Below are positions 57,689-64,000 of a stretch of 64,000 nucleotides of DNA, in pieces (within the stretch, counting starts at the first letter, position 1; the number at the start of each line of letters is the position of its first letter). A program made the position numbers and the translations under genes. The notes below the pieces were generated by a model. It worked only from the letters and a program-made list of their open reading frames with translations. It was not told the DNA's origin and did no database searches. The DNA is taken from positions 32,001-96,000 of the IMG/VR virus record IMGVR_UViG_3300032236_001503; one strand, written 5' to 3'. This stretch comes from a virus.

Positions 57689-59260
57689 TTATTTCTTCGG
57701 TGTATTATTACCAGTAAAGACTGAACCTAAATTTGAAAAAGATGTTCCAATATTATTTAAATCATTTCCGATATTATTAAATCCAGCATTGGGTGTATTA
57801 AATGCTGCAAATGGATTTGGTACATTACTAATACCAGTTATGTTTATCGTTTGTGGGATGTGTGGCATGTTATTAACATATGTAGCAGTTCCCTGATTAT
57901 TAACATATGTATTATAATTGAATGTTGATGGAGCAGGTGGAAATGGTGAAACATTTCCATTTTGATTTTGACCCATTGGAGACAATGCAGCGAAATTAGG
58001 TCCGTATTTACTTATTATTTGACCCATTAAATTAGCTTGTAAACTAATTAATGATTGATGATAACCATAATTCATCATACCAGTTCCCAAAGAAGGATTT
58101 AATCCAATTTGATTAACCATATTAATTATTTGATTAACCTGTGGAGGAAAATGTGACTGAGGAGACCCCAATACATTACCAGCTAAGTTATTGGTGTTCA
58201 TAAAAGACTGAAACTGATTTGTATATTGATTTAAAAATGCAGATTGATTAAATAAAGATGAGTAAAATTGACTATCACCAAAAAACGATTCTAATAATTC
58301 TAATATTAAACATAATAAATCTATTGGTATTATGTATTTGTTAATTAAACTTAAAATATAATACTGTATTGCTGCTATAATACCGTTTATTACTGCATAA
58401 ATTTGTTGTACAAGTTGAATTACCCCTTGATAGATATCTCTTAATAAAGCTTCAAATGCAACCATAATTCCATTTATAGCAGCAATAGCTTTTTGAAAAC
58501 TTGCAAATGCAGTCGCAGGTAATGAAAGATAAGCTTGAGTTCTTGCTTTTCCTACATTTTGTTCCAATGCACTATTAATACCTTTATTAACAGTGTTTAA
58601 TAATCTTTCAACTAAGCTGGTTCCTGCTTGTTTTGTGGGTCCGGACATTGGATTGGCTGGTTGTTTATTTGAATTAACACCATGAGTAACTCCGAAATAA
58701 CCTACATCATCAAAACAACCTTTTTTATAAGCTGGTGTTTTTTTAATTATGTTTAAAATAGTTGGATTTAACGGTCCAGCTAATGATTTAAAATCTCTAA
58801 TAAAATTTTGATCTACGTGTGCTTGAGCGTGATCAGGATTTTGCTTTGCTGTCATTACATGGTAATCAAAACCATAAACTAAAAAACATAATAACAAATA
58901 CCAATAGTTATCATTAAGTCTAGAAAAAAAGGATTTAAGTATTGTTAACTCCTGAGTAGTTAATCCAACTTTTTGTTCCAAATCCTTCAAAGAATCTGGT
59001 TGATTATTGTACCAAGCTTTTTGTATACTAGCCTGATGTGTTTGATTTACATTTGCAGCTTCTTTTTCTGCTACTGGTGTCGCTGGCGGTGGGTTCGTAC
59101 CAATAGTCATATTATTGGATACTGAATTTTCACTTGTCAAAGAGGGTGCAGCAACAATGGGTGTAGTTGCAGCTACGACATTAGGATTAGTTACTATCCC
59201 ACTGAATGTACTGGTTCCACCACCTATGGTTAAACTTGATGTATTTGATGAATCAGCCAT
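57689..59260 (-). CDS. Hypothetical virion (baseplate-region) protein with long amphipathic helices
   Basis: 523 aa; exact TATAAATA at 59273-59280. Confidence 0.6.
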   Translation of the reverse strand: MADSSNTSSLTIGGGTSTFSGIVTNPNVVAATTPIVAAPSLTSENSVSNNMTIGTNPPPATPVAEKEAANVNQTHQASIQKAWYNNQPDSLKDLEQKVGLTTQELTILKSFFSRLNDNYWYLLLCFLVYGFDYHVMTAKQNPDHAQAHVDQNFIRDFKSLAGPLNPTILNIIKKTPAYKKGCFDDVGYFGVTHGVNSNKQPANPMSGPTKQAGTSLVERLLNTVNKGINSALEQNVGKARTQAYLSLPATAFASFQKAIAAINGIMVAFEALLRDIYQGVIQLVQQIYAVINGIIAAIQYYILSLINKYIIPIDLLCLILELLESFFGDSQFYSSLFNQSAFLNQYTNQFQSFMNTNNLAGNVLGSPQSHFPPQVNQIINMVNQIGLNPSLGTGMMNYGYHQSLISLQANLMGQIISKYGPNFAALSPMGQNQNGNVSPFPPAPSTFNYNTYVNNQGTATYVNNMPHIPQTINITGISNVPNPFAAFNTPNAGFNNIGNDLNNIGTSFSNLGSVFTGNNTPKK

Positions 59261-59268
59261 ATTTTTAG

Positions 59269-59296
59269 TTGATATTTATAAATTTACCTCTATAAT
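59269..59296 (+). promoter_or_regulatory. Sigma70-like promoter TTGATA-N16-TATAAT, interleaved with a divergent late TATAAATA
   Basis: 6 nt before ATG 59303. Confidence 0.7.
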
Positions 59297-59302
59297 ATAT
59301 TT

Positions 59303-59914
59303 ATGCCTGAAACTCTATTTTCATACCCCAATGTCATTGGTATAGCTGGTGCTGCTCGTGCTGGTAAAGATACTTTATGTAGGTCTCTACAGAGAGAATT
59401 TATAAAAAAAGGTATTCTAGCCGTTAGAAAATCTATAGCTGGTGATACCGTCAAAGGTGATTTACAAGAACTTCTTGAAAGAAAGTTCAAATTGGATTCT
59501 TTTACTGAAATTACCGAGCAAAAGGAATTTATGAGACCGCTTTTGGTTGAATATGGTAAAATGCAAAGAGCAAAAACGCAAGGTAGATATTTTATTGAGC
59601 AATTTGAACCAGAACAAGATGCGATAAACATTTTACCAGATATCAGATATGTTGAATATCCAAAAGATGAGGTTTTTTGGCTTAAAAATGAAATGAATGG
59701 TTTTCTAATCTTTATTGAAAGAAAAGGAAATTACGATGCTAATGATACAGAAAAGGTAAACAATAAAATCATCAAAAATATGGCAGATTATGTTGTTCAA
59801 TGGGATACAATGCCCGAATGGTCAGAAGAAGGCAGAAAGCTTATTGATCAATATGCTGAAAAGATTATTAAAAAAATGGCTACCATTTACCAAGAGGACA
59901 TGACGCAGCCTTAA
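59303..59914 (+). CDS. Deoxynucleoside monophosphate kinase (T4 gp1-like)
   Basis: GIAGAARAGKDT, RxLLxxYG, PDIRY..E. Confidence 0.8.
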   Translation: MPETLFSYPNVIGIAGAARAGKDTLCRSLQREFIKKGILAVRKSIAGDTVKGDLQELLERKFKLDSFTEITEQKEFMRPLLVEYGKMQRAKTQGRYFIEQFEPEQDAINILPDIRYVEYPKDEVFWLKNEMNGFLIFIERKGNYDANDTEKVNNKIIKNMADYVVQWDTMPEWSEEGRKLIDQYAEKIIKKMATIYQEDMTQP

Positions 59915-60173
59915 GGTAAGTTTTTATTGCCATATTGCAACCGCATTTAGTACATCTATCTTGAGCTTTGTTAAAAGATGGACATGAATTACATGTATTT
60001 TTTCTTTTACTGATAACATCGTCTGGTGCATTTAGTGGATTTCCAGCAGCAACAGATTTAACTGTTGCTATAGCAGTTTGTGCTAAATTTTTAGCCATTT
60101 GAACAGGAGATGGCATTGATTTATTCTTATTAGCGTTTTCAATTAATATTTTTTTTAATTTTTCTTTATCCAT
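59880..60173 (-). CDS. Small Cys-rich metal-binding protein (DUF6171-like)
   Basis: RxxxCxxC..RCxxCGC..K..CPxGKW; start moved to ATG 60173. Confidence 0.7.
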   Translation of the reverse strand: MDKEKLKKILIENANKNKSMPSPVQMAKNLAQTAIATVKSVAAGNPLNAPDDVISKRKNTCNSCPSFNKAQDRCTKCGCNMAIKTYLKAASCPLGKW

Positions 60174-60174
60174 A

Positions 60175-61818
60175 TTAAATTGTTGTGTCGTTTTGAGTCC
60201 AAAGTTTTGAATTGCTATCAACTTTTACTGCACATACATTATTTACATAAGCATTTTTAGTAAAAATATGATTTACTTTAACTGTTAACCATTGACCTAA
60301 AAATCTATCATCAAATGGGTTTGATGTAGAACTTGAAAATCTATCAATAAAAATGAATTTACCTGCTGTTCTTAATGTTATACCGTTAACATCAAATGAA
60401 ATTGCTTCATTTAAAAATAATGCATCCTTTAACATTTTGTTTCCAGCATAATTTGGTGGATAAAAAGTGGATGTAACATGAACATTTTCTAAAATCGTTC
60501 CGTTTTGTTTTGATTGATTTAAATTCAATAATACATGAGCATTACTAGAATTTGTATTATTACTTGAAAAATTATAAAGACCCATTTTTGCATTTGATTG
60601 CATATTATCTCTTACGCTTTTTGCGGTATTATTAGTAAATGTTATAGAATATGTACCAGTATTAAAATCATAATGATGTACAGGTGAATTCGTTTGTCTT
60701 GCGTCATCTGCTGCAACCATCGGTGAGTATTTATAATTTTGAATTCTTGAACCCATTGGTGATACATAGTTTATGTTGTTACCCTGTGGAGCATCCCATG
60801 ATCTAGGTATATATGGCGTAGAAGATGGAATACCGTCTTCAATAAATAATCTTTCAGTTTGATAAGCAGCCGAATTAGAAAATAATGATTCTAATGAAAT
60901 TAATTTCCATGTTTTATCATCTGTTGTTCTTCCAAAACGTAAAAATACCGGTCCGTTACTTTTATTTGAAACGCAATGTTCTAAAACAATAGATATATCA
61001 TTTATTGCTTTTGAATTAGCTGGTGATGTATAAAGATATAAATTATTTTGACTACCATTATCCCAATTATTTGAAGAACTATTTTTAATACCATCATCAA
61101 AACTAGCCATTGGCTGAGTTGGATTTGATATAACTTCACCTTTAAGATAATTAAATCCAACTTTAATACTCGTTGGTGTATTAGTAATACCCTTTTTCAT
61201 CACTGGTGGATTTGATGCAGCAGTTGTAATAATATCCTTTATCATCAAATTAGGATTAAATGCTCTTTGCTTATCAGTTAAACCAGTTGTAACTGTAAGA
61301 TTAGGATTACTATAAACAGAAGAATAATCTATATTTCTTTCACATAATATTTGGTATCTTTCATCCCAGAAATAATATTTTCTATATTTTCTACCATTAT
61401 CATCGGACTCTAAATCTTCAATATCATAAATTACACAATCGAAAGACATTTCCCAATCTTTATCTAGGTATTCGCCAGATGTGTTATTAGAAAATAATGG
61501 TTTTATTCTAAAACTAATTTTGTTTCGACCATCGGTTCTAAAAACATAGGGTGCTTTTATTAATGGAGTATTAGCAATAGCTAATGCACCTCGTTCTAAT
61601 ATTTCAAAATCAGAATTTAATGTTATATAACCTTTTACAATCCATGTCATTAAACTTTCCTCAATTGATAATTCATCAACAATTTTAAATGACAATGGTA
61701 CGGGGGCATATCCATCACTTTCTAAGGCATTATAAAGAAATATTTCAATATAATATGGTTGATTACCTATAGTAACAACAAAATTTTGATTTAAATTGTC
61801 TGTTGTTGTATCAGCCAT
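60175..61818 (-). CDS. Baseplate hub protein (gp27/GpD-like)
   Basis: LSIEESL..GYI N-terminus; GxxxRxAGxFI...GQWLxxxVxHxF...Y C-terminus; tail context. Confidence 0.6.
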   Translation of the reverse strand: MADTTTDNLNQNFVVTIGNQPYYIEIFLYNALESDGYAPVPLSFKIVDELSIEESLMTWIVKGYITLNSDFEILERGALAIANTPLIKAPYVFRTDGRNKISFRIKPLFSNNTSGEYLDKDWEMSFDCVIYDIEDLESDDNGRKYRKYYFWDERYQILCERNIDYSSVYSNPNLTVTTGLTDKQRAFNPNLMIKDIITTAASNPPVMKKGITNTPTSIKVGFNYLKGEVISNPTQPMASFDDGIKNSSSNNWDNGSQNNLYLYTSPANSKAINDISIVLEHCVSNKSNGPVFLRFGRTTDDKTWKLISLESLFSNSAAYQTERLFIEDGIPSSTPYIPRSWDAPQGNNINYVSPMGSRIQNYKYSPMVAADDARQTNSPVHHYDFNTGTYSITFTNNTAKSVRDNMQSNAKMGLYNFSSNNTNSSNAHVLLNLNQSKQNGTILENVHVTSTFYPPNYAGNKMLKDALFLNEAISFDVNGITLRTAGKFIFIDRFSSSTSNPFDDRFLGQWLTVKVNHIFTKNAYVNNVCAVKVDSNSKLWTQNDTTI

Positions 61819-61820
61819 AA

Positions 61821-62420
61821 TTAGCAATTAACTTGGTCAACGTTATTTAATAATGAAACGTTTAATTGATTAAAAGCAAATGTAACAGAACAATTTACTT
61901 CACTTGGATCTTGATTAGAAAAATTAATTTCACTTAATCCCGTTGGAAATGCGTTAGTATATGAAAAATTAATTACTTTATTATTATATTCATCCAAAGA
62001 AAATATATTAAAAGTGGAAAAATAATTTGAAACTGGATTGTGAGTATGACCTAAATTTTTAGGAACATCTGGATATGATACTATAGGTGAAGTTGATTTT
62101 TGTGAATTATTAAAAAGATTTAACCAATTCCAAAGTATCCAATAATTTTTATATCCATTATCAACTAAAAATTTTATAGTTAATGGATTATAAGCAGGTC
62201 TTGAATTTGATGATATTTTTGCAACTTGACCACCAAATGGTAAACTAATATCGGGGACTGTTATTGCAGGTACAGGAGAACCATAAATTGTAAATTGTAT
62301 TGGATCAGCCGAATAATTAGTACCAAGAACAGGATCTGATATTGCTTTCATAGCAATAGGTAAATCCAAAATCATGGTGAATTTATCATTTCTAGATCTG
62401 TTTAAAGGTGCTTGGTACAT
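61821..62420 (-). CDS. Tail tube-fold protein, tail completion gp3-like
   Basis: PLTIKFLVDxxYxNYxxLxxW, AFPTxLSxIxF, VTFxF. Confidence 0.75.
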   Translation of the reverse strand: MYQAPLNRSRNDKFTMILDLPIAMKAISDPVLGTNYSADPIQFTIYGSPVPAITVPDISLPFGGQVAKISSNSRPAYNPLTIKFLVDNGYKNYWILWNWLNLFNNSQKSTSPIVSYPDVPKNLGHTHNPVSNYFSTFNIFSLDEYNNKVINFSYTNAFPTGLSEINFSNQDPSEVNCSVTFAFNQLNVSLLNNVDQVNC

Positions 62421-62423
62421 AAA

Positions 62424-64000
62424 TTAAAAAAGTATTGATGGCATATAACCATCTCCTTCATATTTATCAGTATCAACTGGTTTAAATGGTCTAGAAATTG
62501 GTTTATCTATTGGTGGTGGTGTTTTACCATCCCAAGCATGTAACCATGCTGAGAAATTAGCAACATCTTGATCCATATCAGGACTGGTATTTTCATCATA
62601 TCTACCTATCCAAGTTAAAGGTGTACTGGTTATTGCTGTTTTCTTATAAATTGATACCTGTCCTTGGAAAATGGGACTTTTTCTGATCAAGTCGGCATTA
62701 TCTATAAGTGGTTTTATCTTTAATGGTCTACCTTGATCATCCAAATCAATGATATTAAAATACTTTGTTGCTAAAGAAGGATCTAATAAAAATAATGCCC
62801 AAACTAATGCTAAAACTCGGTCATCCAAATCTTTATCAGTTCTTTTACTAAAGGTAAAATTTGGTAAACGAACAAAATTTGCCAATTCTAATGCCGTATC
62901 TAAATCATTTAATTTTAAAGCCTTTAAACTATTTGCCCAATATCTAAAGTTAGTAATACCTTTATAACGAGTATTTGTATGATTATGAATACCCATACGA
63001 TTATCGTTATTATAATGCTTACTCATACCTTCAAAAGTATAGGTAACGATATTTTCATAATTATGTGTTTTTGATAAAACGTTCAATACTTCCACACCAT
63101 TGTTATTATTTTCAATTAATATAGGTGGTCGCCCCCAATCTTCTAATATACCCATTATTCTTGTTCCAAAATTATATGGACTAATGTTATTACTAGCAAA
63201 TACTGCAACTTGATCAATGTTACCCAAATCAGATACATCCAATATCTGACAAACGCTATTTGATCTACCAATTCCTTCACCTACGTCAACACCAATTACA
63301 TAGAAAGAACCTTCTTTTGGTTGATTAAATATTTTATAATCACCATTATCCATTACTAAAATTGGTTCTTTACATTGAGCTTTTAATCGTTCTAATTCAG
63401 CAGGATCTATTGCGGTTTTTCCTTTTTCATGGAATACATTTCCATATTCTTGATCAAAATCGTCTTTTGAACCAATAGCATCAGTAGCTTCTTTTTTCCA
63501 TTGTTCATCTCTACCGGGTACGTCCCACCAATTAACCGTTTCTAAATGCCAATCACTATCAGGTTTTTTAGCTTGTTCAACCAATTCATAAAACTTATTA
63601 TCAACACCATTAGGCGTACTAATAACAACGAGTTGTGATTTTTTCATGGAAGAAATAATAGGAATAGCGGATTTCCATAATTCTTTCATGAGATCATTAG
63701 GACAGTGTGCCATTTCGTCAATAATAAGAAGATTACTTGTGCTACCACGAGGACCTGCACTACTGGTAGAACTAATAGTTATTCTAGAACCGTTCTCTAA
63801 TTCGAACCCATCTTTTCTCCAAGACTTAACAGATGGTTTCATCCAAATTGGAAGTTCTTCAAATGACATTCTAATACGAGCAAAAATTTCCTTTGCTGTA
63901 TCTTCTTTATTTGCAACAATTGTGATTCGTTTATCATCTTGAAAACACACCATCCAAAGAGCATAAATGGTGATTGTAGTTGTTTTTCCACTCTGACGGC
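62424..64000 (-). CDS. gp17: Terminase large subunit, 5' end outside the window
   Basis: Frame stays open beyond the track start (RQSGKTTTITIYALWM = Walker A); LIIDEMAH, ISTPNG, GVDVGEG, DDRV. Confidence 0.95.
   Translation of the reverse strand, partial: RQSGKTTTITIYALWMVCFQDDKRITIVANKEDTAKEIFARIRMSFEELPIWMKPSVKSWRKDGFELENGSRITISSTSSAGPRGSTSNLLIIDEMAHCPNDLMKELWKSAIPIISSMKKSQLVVISTPNGVDNKFYELVEQAKKPDSDWHLETVNWWDVPGRDEQWKKEATDAIGSKDDFDQEYGNVFHEKGKTAIDPAELERLKAQCKEPILVMDNGDYKIFNQPKEGSFYVIGVDVGEGIGRSNSVCQILDVSDLGNIDQVAVFASNNISPYNFGTRIMGILEDWGRPPILIENNNNGVEVLNVLSKTHNYENIVTYTFEGMSKHYNNDNRMGIHNHTNTRYKGITNFRYWANSLKALKLNDLDTALELANFVRLPNFTFSKRTDKDLDDRVLALVWALFLLDPSLATKYFNIIDLDDQGRPLKIKPLIDNADLIRKSPIFQGQVSIYKKTAITSTPLTWIGRYDENTSPDMDQDVANFSAWLHAWDGKTPPPIDKPISRPFKPVDTDKYEGDGYMPSILF

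Noticed and set aside
7-63942. Short alternative-frame and antisense ORFs in the track (e.g. 7-189, 4270-4629, 4287-4625, 9088-9297, 12743-13036, 50615-51064, 59290-59631, 63646-63942)
   Set aside because: They are nested in well-supported genes and are by-products of low-complexity or biased codon usage, with no promoter or motif support.
1-64000. tRNA/rRNA genes, stop-codon recoding, or a cellular or NCLDV origin of the window
   Set aside because: Intergenic gaps are too short or too AT-rich for cloverleafs, genes are full length in the standard code, and gp17, gp20, gp55, gp32 and UvsW/X/Y identify a T4-like phage despite the NCLDV-like GTs.

Overview
AT-rich (~30% GC by eye), densely coding 64 kb segment of a large T4-like (Tevenvirinae-related) myophage with a Gram-negative host (it carries a u-spanin). 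It contains the T4 core replication, recombination and transcription genes (primase, UvsY, UvsW, gp55, gp47/46, gp43, ThyX, UvsX, gp41, gp32, probable gp45/gp62), virion genes (portal, terminase, tail completion, baseplate hub, a split gp5, two giant fibre proteins) and a lysis cassette. The unusual content is an apparent glycan and sulfate decoration machinery. Two strikingly Cys-rich fibre genes lie beside a GT9-like glycosyltransferase plus sulfotransferase pair and an aryl-sulfate sulfotransferase (ASST)-like gene that the ORF track misses (1..1285, truncated). A 14-gene sugar-transfer, methylation and epimerase island sits between gp47 and gp46, and two more GTs lie elsewhere. Nearly all transcription units start with a sigma70-like promoter (usually a 16-bp spacer) or a T4-late-like TAAATA box placed only 5-7 nt before the ATG, implying largely leaderless, SD-free gene expression. 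No tRNA, rRNA, CRISPR, intron or intein was seen. All assignments are by motif recognition; no database searches were run.
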